Assembly (NCBI GenBank): GCA_963728665.1 | Contig: CAVSLG010000018.1 | Span: 221,096 to 285,095 of the forward strand | Length of the DNA: 64,000 nucleotides | Reading direction: 5' to 3' | Source of the DNA: an uncultured Actinomycetes bacterium | GTDB lineage: Bacteria > Actinomycetota > UBA4738 > HRBIN12 | Part shown: positions 50,416 through 59,947 of the stretch, piece by piece | Numbering within the stretch: position 1 is the first letter of the stretch | How the letters are laid out: each line of letters opens with the position of its first letter | The notes under the pieces: generated by a model | The model's input: only the letters and a program-made list of their open reading frames with translations | What the model was told of the DNA's origin: nothing | Database searches by the model: none | Translations under genes and position numbers: made by a program

Positions 50416-52017
50416 ATGGCGAAGCGGTACGACGCGGTCGTGATCGGAGGCGGGCACAACGGTCTCGTGAACGCTGCGTACCTCGCCAAGGCGGGGCTGA
50501 AGGTGCTCGTGCTCGAGCGTCGGCACATCCTGGGCGGGGCGACCCTCACCGAGGAGATCGTGCCCGGGTTCAAGTTCTCGGTCTTCAGCTACGTCGTGTC
50601 GCTGCTGCGGCCCGAGATCATCCGCGACCTGCAGCTTCCGAAGCACGGGCTCGAGATCCTGCCGCTCGACGGCACGATCACCCCCCTCGAGGACGACTAC
50701 CTCTGGCGCGTGAACGACCACGGCAAGAACGTGCGTGAGCTGCGTCGCTGGAGCCTGAACGACGCCGAGGTCTACGAGGAGTACGGCCAGCTGATGGCCG
50801 AGATGGGCCGGTTCATCAAGCCGATCCTGTCGATCGCGCCGCCCGACACGGGGAAGATCACGCCGGGCCACTGGCTGCCGCTCGGCCCCCTCGCGAAGGC
50901 GTTCAAGGACCTTCCGAAGAAGATGCAGTCCACGTTCATCCAGCTGATGACGATGAGCGCCGCCGACTTCCTCGACCAGTGGTTCGAGACCGAGCCGCTG
51001 AAAGCCACGATGAGCGCCTCGGGCATCATCGGCACGTTCCAGGGGCCGCGGTCGCCCGGCACGGCCTATGTGCTGCTGCACCATTACATGGGCGAGATCG
51101 ACGGCGCGTTCCGTGCGTGGGGCGTGCCGAGGGGCGGCACCGGTTCGGTGGCATACGCGATCGCGAACAGCGCGCTCTCGCTCGGCGTCGAGATCCGCAC
51201 CGAGGCGGGCGTCTCGCACATCAAGACCGCGAACGGGCGCACCACCGGGGTCGTGCTCGGGTCGGGCGAGGAGATCGAGGCCGACGTCGTGATGAGCTCG
51301 CTCGACTCCCGCCAGACGTTCATCAACCTGCTCGACGAGCACGACCTCGAGCCGTCGTTCCGCGACGAGGTGATGCGCTACAAGTACCGCGGCTCGAGCG
51401 GGAAGGTGAACCTCGCGCTCAGCGGGCTGCCCGAGCTCGCATGCAAGCCGGGCGTCGGTCCGTGGCTGCGCGGCGCGATCTCGTTCTCGCCGTCGCTCGA
51501 CTACATGGAGCGCGCCTACGACGACGCGAAGTACGGGCGGCCGTCGGAGCGCCCATACATCGATTGCATCATGCCCACGCTCGTCGACCCGACGATGGCG
51601 CCTCCGGGCAAGCACGTGATGAGCTGCTTCGTGCAGTACGCGCCCTACCATCTCGAGAATGGCGAACAGTGGGACGACGAGAAGCGCGAGGCGTTCGGCC
51701 AGAACGTGATCGACACGCTCGAGGAGCGCTTCCCGAACATCCGGTCGCTGATCGAGGGCTCACAGTTCGTGACGCCGAAGGACATCGAGGACATCACGGG
51801 TCTCAGCGAAGGCAACATCTTCGCGGGCGAGCTCTCGCTCGAGCAGCTGTTCTTCAACCGCCCGGTGCCAGGCTGGGCGCGCTACGAGACGCCCGTGAAG
51901 GACCTGTGGATGTGTGGGTCTGCGACGCACCCGGGCGGCGGCATCATGGGTGCGCCCGGCATGATCGCGGCGCGCGAGTACCTGAAGCAGCGCAAGCGGG
52001 GAAGGAGGGCGGCGTAG
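50416..52017 (+). CDS. CrtI/phytoene-dehydrogenase-like (PYROXD2-type) FAD oxidoreductase 1
   Basis: VIGGGHNGLV.AAYLAKAG, GGATLTEE..PGFKFS and CGSATHPGGGIMGAPG; AGGAGG SD. Confidence 0.88.
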   Translation: MAKRYDAVVIGGGHNGLVNAAYLAKAGLKVLVLERRHILGGATLTEEIVPGFKFSVFSYVVSLLRPEIIRDLQLPKHGLEILPLDGTITPLEDDYLWRVNDHGKNVRELRRWSLNDAEVYEEYGQLMAEMGRFIKPILSIAPPDTGKITPGHWLPLGPLAKAFKDLPKKMQSTFIQLMTMSAADFLDQWFETEPLKATMSASGIIGTFQGPRSPGTAYVLLHHYMGEIDGAFRAWGVPRGGTGSVAYAIANSALSLGVEIRTEAGVSHIKTANGRTTGVVLGSGEEIEADVVMSSLDSRQTFINLLDEHDLEPSFRDEVMRYKYRGSSGKVNLALSGLPELACKPGVGPWLRGAISFSPSLDYMERAYDDAKYGRPSERPYIDCIMPTLVDPTMAPPGKHVMSCFVQYAPYHLENGEQWDDEKREAFGQNVIDTLEERFPNIRSLIEGSQFVTPKDIEDITGLSEGNIFAGELSLEQLFFNRPVPGWARYETPVKDLWMCGSATHPGGGIMGAPGMIAAREYLKQRKRGRRAA

Positions 52018-53598
52018 ATGGCTTCCCCCACCGACGTCGTCGTGATCGGCGGAGGCCACAACGGCCTCGTCGCTGCCGCGTACCTCGCGAAGGCGGGCCG
52101 CAAGGTCACGCTGCTCGAGGGGGCGCCCGAGGTCGGTGGCATCCTGCGGACCACCTCTCCCGCCGAGGGTGTCACCGCCCCCGGCATCGCTCACACCGTG
52201 GGACGCCTGCGCGCCTCGGTCGTGAAGGACCTGCAGCTGTCGTCGTTCGGCTTCGAGGCGATCGCGCCCGCCGTGCGCATGTTCGCCCCGCAGCCCGACG
52301 GCTCGGCCGTCACGTTCTGGGGCGATCCCGCTCGCACCGCGAACGAGTTGCGTGATCGCAACGCCCACGACGCCGACGCGTTCGGCGGCTTCGACGCCAA
52401 GATGCGCTCGATCGCGAGCTTCCTCGCCTACATCAACGTCGCGACCCCGCCCGATGCGAGGTCGCCCTCGATCGCCGACGCGATGATGGGCCTGAAGCTC
52501 GGGAAGGCCTTCCGTGACTTGGGAGGCAAGGCCGGGCGCGAGGCGATCCGCGCGCTGCCGATGGCGGTCGCCGACCTCGTGCAGGAGGTCTTCGACGACG
52601 AGGCGGTGCGAGGGCCGTTGACCACCCGTGGCGTGCTCTTCACATCGATGGGTCCCTGGGCGACGGGTACCGCGGCGGTGTTCCTGAACGACTCGGCCGG
52701 AACCGACGGCGGCGCGGCGGGCACCACGGTGTTCGCGCGCGGCGGCACGGGAGCGCTCGCGGAGGCGCTCGAGGGCGCCGCCAAGGCCCGAGGGGTCGAC
52801 GTGCGCACCGGCGCCGAGGTCGTCGCGATCCGATCGACCGACGGGAAGGTGCGCGGCGTCACCCTCGCCGATGGCACCGAACTCGACGCCACGTTGGTCG
52901 TGTCGGCCGCCGACCCGAAGCGCACCCTTCGTCTCTGCGACCCAGTGGAGCTGAACCCGTACGAGGTCTGGCGGGCCGAGAACATCCGCCAGCCGGGCAC
53001 GACCGCCAAGGTCAACCTCGTGCTCTCGGGCCTGCCGGCCTTCAACGGTGCCGACGACGTCGAACGGCTGAAGGGTCGCATCGTCGTCGGAACGTCGATC
53101 GATCACGTCGAGCAGGCGATGGACGCGAACAAGTACGGGCACGTCGCAGAGGACCCGATGCTCGAGGCCACGATCCCCACGCTCGTCGATCCGTCGCTGG
53201 CTCCTGAGGGCAAGCACGTGATGTCGATCCTGTTCCAGGCTGCGCCTCGCAGATTGCGCGACGGTGACTGGGCGGGTGAGCGCGACCGGGTCGCCGACAT
53301 CGCCGTGAAGTCGATGGAACGGTTCGCGCCGGGCCTGGGTGAGCTCGTCGAGGCACGCGAGGTGATCACGCCCGAGGACATGGAGACCGACTACGGCCTC
53401 ACCGGTGGCCACGTGTACCACGCAGAGCCCGGCCTCGATCAGTTCTTCGCGTGGCGCCCCATGAACGGCGAAGCTCGCTACCGACTCCAGATCGATGGTC
53501 TCTACCTGGCCGGCTCGGGCGCGCATCCCGGCGGCGGCATCACGGGCGGTCCAGGCGCGAACGCGGCACGACAGATCCTCGTTGAGACGAAGCAGTAG
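52018..53598 (+). CDS. CrtI/phytoene-dehydrogenase-like FAD oxidoreductase 2
   Basis: IGGGHNGLVAAAYLAKAG and LAGSGAHPGGGITGGPG; ATG directly follows the upstream TAG. Confidence 0.88.
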   Translation: MASPTDVVVIGGGHNGLVAAAYLAKAGRKVTLLEGAPEVGGILRTTSPAEGVTAPGIAHTVGRLRASVVKDLQLSSFGFEAIAPAVRMFAPQPDGSAVTFWGDPARTANELRDRNAHDADAFGGFDAKMRSIASFLAYINVATPPDARSPSIADAMMGLKLGKAFRDLGGKAGREAIRALPMAVADLVQEVFDDEAVRGPLTTRGVLFTSMGPWATGTAAVFLNDSAGTDGGAAGTTVFARGGTGALAEALEGAAKARGVDVRTGAEVVAIRSTDGKVRGVTLADGTELDATLVVSAADPKRTLRLCDPVELNPYEVWRAENIRQPGTTAKVNLVLSGLPAFNGADDVERLKGRIVVGTSIDHVEQAMDANKYGHVAEDPMLEATIPTLVDPSLAPEGKHVMSILFQAAPRRLRDGDWAGERDRVADIAVKSMERFAPGLGELVEAREVITPEDMETDYGLTGGHVYHAEPGLDQFFAWRPMNGEARYRLQIDGLYLAGSGAHPGGGITGGPGANAARQILVETKQ

Positions 53599-53805
53599 CA
53601 GCCCAGGCAGCTGCCTCGATCCACCGGATCACCACACGCCGAGGAACCGTCAGGGATCCGCGCCACTCCCATGGGCCGTGGCTACGTGATCCGGGTGGTG
53701 CGTGCGACCGACCGTCCTTTCACCTACGGATTTTGGCGCTTTCGCTGAACTGCATCGTTCGACTAGCGTGACCCCCCCCACAGACCTCGTTTGGGAGGGC
53801 AAGGC

Positions 53806-54618
53806 GTGTCTCGGACGCTGGATCGGTCGGTATCACCCCGCCATCGCGCGCCCTCCAGACGTCGTCGGTTCTTCGCGCGTGGGAATGGCGCCGTCGTCTT
53901 CGAGAGGGGTCGCCGATACTCCTGGGGTCGGCGAGGCGACACGTTCTACATCTGGGACAGGAGACACCCCAGTGATGCGCTCGGGCATCCCTGGGAGGCC
54001 AACGCACGGCGGGAGTTCCAGTGGCTGGAGCAGGAGGCTGCACACCGTTGGCGCCGCCGGTGGCGACGGCTGTTCATCGCGGTCGGGCTCATCGTCATCG
54101 TTCTGGTGGCCGCCGCGATCGCCCTGAAGGCGAAGGATGGATCGTCGTCCAGCATCTCGCACGCCGAACCGGCCCTGGGTCACGAGGTCGGGCGCTACGT
54201 CAACGCCGGGGGCGGGTACGGGTTCAACGCGCCTTCGGATTGGGGCGTGGTGAGTGCGTCGTCGACCGCCCGGGTGACGAGTCCAGGTGGCACGGTCACG
54301 ATCTCGATCCAGGTCGCGCCTGATGGAGCCGTCGGGGCCGCCTCGGAGGCGTTCGTCAGGGACCTGACCGCTGCATGGACCGGTGCGCAGCCCGAAGCAC
54401 CACAGCCTCGAATGGTGGGTGATCTGCCCGGCCTGTCGGTGGGCGGCACCGCGATCGACGAGACCGGCGTCCCGATCAGGTTCCTCTCGATAGTGGTCGA
54501 CTCGGGCGCGCGCAACCACGCGATCTCGGTCTCAGTGCCACGGGAGTGGGATGCCGCGCTGTTCATGCCCGCGGTCGACGTCGTGGTGTCATCGTTCGAG
54601 TCACTCGACGCGCCCTGA
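53806..54618 (+). CDS. Hypothetical single-TM protein with a PsbP/DcrB-like extracellular domain
   Basis: GGAGGG SD; Arg/Trp-rich N-terminus, TM helix, then GYGFNAPSDW. Confidence 0.55.
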   Translation: MSRTLDRSVSPRHRAPSRRRRFFARGNGAVVFERGRRYSWGRRGDTFYIWDRRHPSDALGHPWEANARREFQWLEQEAAHRWRRRWRRLFIAVGLIVIVLVAAAIALKAKDGSSSSISHAEPALGHEVGRYVNAGGGYGFNAPSDWGVVSASSTARVTSPGGTVTISIQVAPDGAVGAASEAFVRDLTAAWTGAQPEAPQPRMVGDLPGLSVGGTAIDETGVPIRFLSIVVDSGARNHAISVSVPREWDAALFMPAVDVVVSSFESLDAP

Positions 54619-54738
54619 GTCTCACGGTCAGGAAGATCGAAAGGTCGACGGGACGGGACGCCGCCGCCGGGGCGCGCGAGAGCCTCGTCGGCCGGTCGAT
54701 GGACGGTAGCGGATGTCGCCACTAGGGTCGAGCGAACG

Positions 54739-55833
54739 ATGATCTCGCTCGAGCACGTCGAGAAGCGTTACCCCGGAACGTCCTCCCCGGCCGTCGGCGA
54801 CCTTACGCTTGAGATCGACGAGGGCGAGACCGTCGCGCTCGTCGGGCCGTCGGGCTGCGGCAAGACCACGACGCTCAAGATGATCAACCGGCTGATCGAG
54901 CCGACGGGCGGACGCATCGTGCTCGACGGCACGAACGTGCTCGACCAGGACCCGGTGCAGCTGCGCCGGGGCATCGGCTACGTGATCCAGCACACCGGTC
55001 TGTTACCACACCGCACCATCCGCCAGAACATCACGACGGTGCCGCACCTCGTCGGCTGGGACGACGGTCGAATCGCCGGCCGCGTCGACGAGCTGCTCGA
55101 GATCTTCGACCTCGACCGGGAGCTCCTCGACCGATACCCGGGGGAGCTCTCCGGCGGCCAGCGCCAGCGGGTCGGCGTCGCCAGAGCGCTCGCCGCCGAC
55201 CCGCCGGTGATGCTGATGGACGAACCGTTCGCGGCGGTCGATCCGATCGTGCGGGGACGGCTGCAGGATCAGTTCCTCGAGATCCAGGAGCGGCTCCGCA
55301 AGACGATCGTGTTCGTGACCCACGACGTCGACGAGGCGATCAAGCTCAGCGACCGGATGGCGATCCTGAACATCGGCGCGGTCCTCGAGCAGTTCGACCC
55401 GCCCGAGACCGTGCTGCGTGAGCCCGCGAACGACTTCGTGCGCGAGTTCGTCGGGGCTGAGCGTGGCCTGAAGCGGCTCGCCCTGATCAAGGTCGACGAC
55501 ATCGAGGTGGAGCCCGGCCCCGTGGTGGCTCCGAGCGCCGGCGCCGACGAGGCCCGGCGCGCGATCGATGCCGCCGGCTTCGGGTGGGTCAGCGTGGTCG
55601 ACGACGGGGAGTTGCTCGGGTGGGTCGACCACCAGGCGCTGGAAGGGTGTGCCACGGCGGGCGAGGCCATTCCGAGAAGGTTCAGCGCGTACGTGACCGG
55701 ACGCGACTCCCTGCGCCAGGCCCTCGATTCGATCGTCACGTCGCGGACGGCGGTCGCCGTCGTGGTGACCGAAGGCCAGCACTACCGGGGCCTCTTGACG
55801 CTGGAGCGCATCTCGAAGGAGATCCTCGCGTGA
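54739..55833 (+). CDS. Osmoprotectant ABC transporter ATPase (OpuCA/ProV-like) with CBS domains
   Basis: GPSGCGKTT, LRRGIGYVIQ, LSGGQRQRVGVARAL and MDEPF.AVDP. Confidence 0.92.
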   Translation: MISLEHVEKRYPGTSSPAVGDLTLEIDEGETVALVGPSGCGKTTTLKMINRLIEPTGGRIVLDGTNVLDQDPVQLRRGIGYVIQHTGLLPHRTIRQNITTVPHLVGWDDGRIAGRVDELLEIFDLDRELLDRYPGELSGGQRQRVGVARALAADPPVMLMDEPFAAVDPIVRGRLQDQFLEIQERLRKTIVFVTHDVDEAIKLSDRMAILNIGAVLEQFDPPETVLREPANDFVREFVGAERGLKRLALIKVDDIEVEPGPVVAPSAGADEARRAIDAAGFGWVSVVDDGELLGWVDHQALEGCATAGEAIPRRFSAYVTGRDSLRQALDSIVTSRTAVAVVVTEGQHYRGLLTLERISKEILA

Positions 55834-56543
55834 GCGACCTCGTCGTCGGCGCCACGACGTTCCTCGCCCAGCAGGACACCGAGCCGCTGATCCGCTGGAT
55901 CTGGATCTCCGACCACGTCGACGAGATCGCGAGCCGGGGGCTGCAGCACGTCTACCTGACGATCGTGACCGTGGTGATCGGGTTCCTGATCGCGTTCCCG
56001 GCGGCCGTCTACGCCTCGAGACACCGGTGGGCGGTCTCGCCGATCACGTCGATCTCCGGGGTGCTGTACACGATCCCGGCGTTCGCGTTCATCTTCCTGC
56101 TGCTGCCGATCACCGGCCTGTCGCTCACGACCGTGGTGATCCCGCTGATCGCGTACAGCCTGCTGATCCTGTTCCGCAACACGCTCGCGGGTCTCGACTC
56201 GGTGGAGCCCGAGGTGAAAGAAGCCGCCGTCGGCATGGGGCTGTCACGCCGGCAACTGCTGTGGCGCGTGGAGGTGCCGCTCGCGATGCCGGTGATCATC
56301 GCGGGCCTGCGCATCGCGACGGTGAGCTCGATCGCACTGATCACGATCGCGGCGCTGATCGGCAGGGGCGGGTTCGGCCAGTTCATCCTCGACGGCCTCA
56401 ACACGTTCTTCTGGACCCCGTTGATCGTCGGCGTCGTGTTGTCGGTCGCACTGGCGTTCGCCGCCGATCTGCTGCTGCTCGGTCTGCAGCGCCTCGCGAC
56501 ACCCTGGGCGAGGACCTCGGGCGTCAGGGCGGTCGCCACGTGA
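55830..56543 (+). CDS. Osmoprotectant ABC permease 1
   Basis: YTIPAFA; EAA loop (KEAAVGMG); GRGGFGQFI. Confidence 0.9.
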   Translation: MSDLVVGATTFLAQQDTEPLIRWIWISDHVDEIASRGLQHVYLTIVTVVIGFLIAFPAAVYASRHRWAVSPITSISGVLYTIPAFAFIFLLLPITGLSLTTVVIPLIAYSLLILFRNTLAGLDSVEPEVKEAAVGMGLSRRQLLWRVEVPLAMPVIIAGLRIATVSSIALITIAALIGRGGFGQFILDGLNTFFWTPLIVGVVLSVALAFAADLLLLGLQRLATPWARTSGVRAVAT

Positions 56544-57253
56544 ACGGCCTGTTCGAGGGGCTGTTGTGGCTCGTGGATGCCGCGAACTGGTCGGGGGTGG
56601 ACGGCATCCCGGCTCGGGTCTGGGAACACGTGCAACTCTCGCTGATCTCCCTCGTGATCGCAACGCTGATCGCGGTGCCCATCGGCCTATGGATCGGTCA
56701 CACGCGTCGGGGTCAGTTCTGGACCGTGCAGCTCGCGAACCTCGGACGGTCGGTGCCTTCGCTCGCGGTACTGTCGATCGCGTTCCTGCTCGTGCTGAAG
56801 CTCGCGCCCAAGGACCATCAGGAGCTCGCGTTCGGGTTCCTGCCGACGATCGTGGCGCTCACCCTGTTGGGCATCCCGGTGATCCTGATCAACACGTATG
56901 TGGGCATCCAGCAGGTGGACCCCGACACCGTCGAGGCGGCGCGTGGCATGGGCATGAACGGCCGGCAGGTGCTCTGGAAGCTCGAGGTGCCGATGGCGAT
57001 GCCGTTGATCATGACCGGCCTGAGGCTCGCCGCCGTGCAGATCGTCGCCACCGCCGGCCTCGCCGCCCTGATCGCCGGCGGAGGGCTCGGCCGGTACATC
57101 GTCGACGGGTTCGCGTTGCGTGAGAACGACAGGATCGTGGCGGGCGCGATCCTCGTGGCGGTGCTCTCGTTGCTCACCGATCTCGGGTTCTCGCTGCTGG
57201 CCAAGGCCACCTCGCCGAAGCTCAGCTCCGAACCAGGGAAGGTTCCCGCGTAA
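56540..57253 (+). CDS. Osmoprotectant ABC permease 2
   Basis: RSVPSLA; EAARGMGM; GGGLGRYI. Confidence 0.9.
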   Translation: MNGLFEGLLWLVDAANWSGVDGIPARVWEHVQLSLISLVIATLIAVPIGLWIGHTRRGQFWTVQLANLGRSVPSLAVLSIAFLLVLKLAPKDHQELAFGFLPTIVALTLLGIPVILINTYVGIQQVDPDTVEAARGMGMNGRQVLWKLEVPMAMPLIMTGLRLAAVQIVATAGLAALIAGGGLGRYIVDGFALRENDRIVAGAILVAVLSLLTDLGFSLLAKATSPKLSSEPGKVPA

Positions 57254-57375
57254 CGTTCGGTTCCTTGCCGTGACCGCACCGCATCGTTTGACAAGAACGA
57301 ACGCGCCGTTGATACGGTGCTCGATGTCCACCGTCGGGGAGATGGACACCCCATGACCGGATGGAGGGGTAACCC

Positions 57376-58317
57376 ATGCGGAAGCACCGCATGTTCGTCC
57401 TCGGGGCGGGCCTCCTCGCGTTGTCGTTGTTCGCGGCCGCGTGCGGGGACTCGGGTGGGGACGACACGGGCGGCGGCGCCACCGACACGGCGAGCGCCGA
57501 GCCCAAGGGCGAGATCGTCGTCGGGGTGTCCGGCGCGTTCGCCGAGAACCAGGTCGTCGCCGAGATGTACGCACAGGTGCTGGAAGCCGACGGCTACACC
57601 GTGACGCGAGAGCTCGACATCGCCGACAGGGCGGTGGGTAACGAGGCGCTCGCCGCGGGCGAGATCGACCTGAAGCCCGAGTACACGGGGTTCGACCTGC
57701 CGCTGTACGACGAGAAGGCCGCCACGAACGGGGAACCGCAGGCTGTCGCCGACGCGCTCACCGCAGCGCTGGAGCCCGAGGGGCTCGTGACGTACGCGAT
57801 CTCGCCGGCCAACAGCACGAACGTGTTCGTGGTGACGCCCGAGACCGCCGAGGCCAACTCGCTGACCGACATGAGCAGCCTCGCATCGGTTGCCGGTGAT
57901 CTCACCCTCGGTGGTCCCGCGGACTGCCCGAAGGCCGCGTTCTGCGTGCCAGGGCTCGAGGAGACGTACGGGGTGACGTTCGCCGAGTTCAAGCCACTGG
58001 ACTTCGGCGGACCGAAGACGGTCGCGGCGATCGACAGCGGCGCGGTCGACGTGGGCGTGCTGTTCTCGCTCGACCCCACGATCCAGGACAAGGGGTACGT
58101 GGTCCTCACCGACAACGAGAACCTTCAGGCCAACGGGAACTTCATCCCGGTCGTGCGCGAGGAGATCGCGAGTGACGAGCTCGGGGGGCTCCTCGACAGC
58201 GTTACGACGTCGCTGACCGACGAGAACATGCGCGAGATGGTGGGGCAGATCCAGAACGACAAGCGCGACGTATCCGACGTCGCGTCGGAGTACCTGACCA
58301 ACGCGGGCATCCTCTAG
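57376..58317 (+). CDS. Osmoprotectant ABC substrate-binding lipoprotein (OsmF/OpuCC-like)
   Basis: Lipobox FAAAC; F.ENQVVAEMYAQVLE, PEYTG and GLEETYG. Confidence 0.9.
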   Translation: MRKHRMFVLGAGLLALSLFAAACGDSGGDDTGGGATDTASAEPKGEIVVGVSGAFAENQVVAEMYAQVLEADGYTVTRELDIADRAVGNEALAAGEIDLKPEYTGFDLPLYDEKAATNGEPQAVADALTAALEPEGLVTYAISPANSTNVFVVTPETAEANSLTDMSSLASVAGDLTLGGPADCPKAAFCVPGLEETYGVTFAEFKPLDFGGPKTVAAIDSGAVDVGVLFSLDPTIQDKGYVVLTDNENLQANGNFIPVVREEIASDELGGLLDSVTTSLTDENMREMVGQIQNDKRDVSDVASEYLTNAGIL

Positions 58318-58346
58318 CCGCTGGGATCGGGCACGGAGGGCCGAGA

Positions 58347-58368
58347 CGGAAGGGTCCCGTCCCTTCCG
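58347..58368. terminator. Hairpin between convergent genes
   Basis: CGGAAGGG-TCCCGT-CCCTTCCG. Confidence 0.5.
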
Positions 58369-58370
58369 CG

Positions 58371-58865
58371 TCACCAGTCCTGTGTGCCCGGTTCCCCCTT
58401 GAACGGACCGATCACATCGGGTGTGATCCATCCGCCGTAGAACCCGCCAGGCTGCGGCGTCACGACGACGCGGTCGACCGTACAGCGGTCGACCCGTCCG
58501 GCATAGAACGCCACGTGGTCGCGCAGCGCGGAGTAGCGAGGGCTCGGCTGCGGGTAATACCAGCCCGCTGCCCGCGCCACCCGCTCACCCACCACCACGT
58601 CGACGTAGGCGGCCGCGCCCTTCCATTCGCAGAACGATCCGCCCCGGGCCGGCCTGAGCAGCTCGCGCCGGACATCATCGAGCGGGAGGTAGAACGAGGG
58701 AGGATGGCTGGTCTCGAGGATGCGGAGCGCCCGCGTCGTGTCGGCGATCGCCACGCTGCAGAACTCCACGACGACCCTGCGCTCGTCGGGCTCGATGGCA
58801 GGCGGTCTCGGGTAGTCCCACACGGACTCCTCACCGCTGGCCGGCTCGACGGGGATCGGGAGCAT
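58371..58865 (-). CDS. DUF427-family protein
   Basis: ESVWDYPRPP, LETSHPP.FYLP, FCEWKG.A.Y and FYGGWIT. Confidence 0.88.
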   Translation of the reverse strand: MLPIPVEPASGEESVWDYPRPPAIEPDERRVVVEFCSVAIADTTRALRILETSHPPSFYLPLDDVRRELLRPARGGSFCEWKGAAAYVDVVVGERVARAAGWYYPQPSPRYSALRDHVAFYAGRVDRCTVDRVVVTPQPGGFYGGWITPDVIGPFKGEPGTQDW

Positions 58866-58924
58866 GACTCGAGCATGCGGCCGGGCGGCACCGAACGACC
58901 AGCGATGGCGAACGGTGCGGAGGT

Positions 58925-59860
58925 TCAGGCGCAGGGGCCGACCTCGACCTGCAACCCGCGGTGATCGGAGCCGGCCGGCGCGAACGTGCCCGGATCGGCG
59001 GCGCACCACCCCGGGGAGATGAAGACGTGATCGATGCGCAACAGCACCGTCGCCCACCACCCGCCGACGTAGGTCGTCCTTCCTGCCGAGCCGGCCCGCA
59101 TCGCGTCGGTCAGCGCGTCGTCCATCGTCCGATAGCTCACGACGCGATCGCTCATATTGAAGTCGCCGGCCACGACCACGGGGCGGTGCTCGCCGTCGAT
59201 CGCTCCGATCAGCTCGTCGGTGAACCGACGTTGGTCGGCGAAGCTCGTGTCGCGGAGCGGGTTCAGGGAGTGGACCACGTAGAGCACGAACGGCGTGCCG
59301 GGGGCATCGACCCCGACGCGCATCACGCGGGCCGGCGGCAAGCCGAGGTCGTCGAGCTTGCGCAAGGGGAAGCGCGACCACGCGCCGAGCTCGCGATCGA
59401 CGACGGTGGAGACGAGGCCCGCCGAGGCGGCGCTCGTGGTCATCGACCAGTAGAACCCTTCGTCGGGCATCTCGACCGCGACCATCACGTCGGGGTCGCG
59501 TGAGAGCAGCGATGCGGGGACTTCGCCGGGGGTCGGGTTCGCGTCCCACACGTTCGCCATGATCACGCGGACGGAGGGCTCGGGCGCTGCCACCGTCAAC
59601 GGCAGGCGCGGCACCACCACCGCGACCGCACAGACCACGAAGATCGAGGTGCCGGCGATCAGCGGCCAAGCGCGACCGACGATCACCGAGACGACCGTGG
59701 TCGACACGAGCGCGGAGATCCCGATCAGTGGGAGCCCGACGGCGACGACGTCGAGCGGACCCCCGATGTCGCGCACGACGAACCACGTCCAGGGCACCGC
59801 GACGGCGAGCGCGAGGGACAGCAGGCGGCGTGCGCGGGTGCCGCGGGAGGCGGATTCCAC
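58925..59860 (-). CDS. Membrane-anchored endonuclease/exonuclease/phosphatase (EEP) protein
   Basis: Three TM helices; ANVW, VAGDFN, RIDHVF and GSDHRGL; TAGGCT 7 nt before GTG59860. Confidence 0.85.
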   Translation of the reverse strand: MESASRGTRARRLLSLALAVAVPWTWFVVRDIGGPLDVVAVGLPLIGISALVSTTVVSVIVGRAWPLIAGTSIFVVCAVAVVVPRLPLTVAAPEPSVRVIMANVWDANPTPGEVPASLLSRDPDVMVAVEMPDEGFYWSMTTSAASAGLVSTVVDRELGAWSRFPLRKLDDLGLPPARVMRVGVDAPGTPFVLYVVHSLNPLRDTSFADQRRFTDELIGAIDGEHRPVVVAGDFNMSDRVVSYRTMDDALTDAMRAGSAGRTTYVGGWWATVLLRIDHVFISPGWCAADPGTFAPAGSDHRGLQVEVGPCA

Positions 59861-59947
59861 AGCGCGGAGCCTAGCCGTCGGAGGTTCCCGTGGGTGTGAC
59901 GAGTCGATGGCGGTCCGTGCCGAATCGTGTGTGGGAAGCTTCGCGGC

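Noticed and set aside
50416-53598. Carotenoid biosynthesis cluster
   Set aside because: No crtB, crtE or crtY nearby; motifs fit the GHNGL/HPGGG PYROXD2-type subfamily
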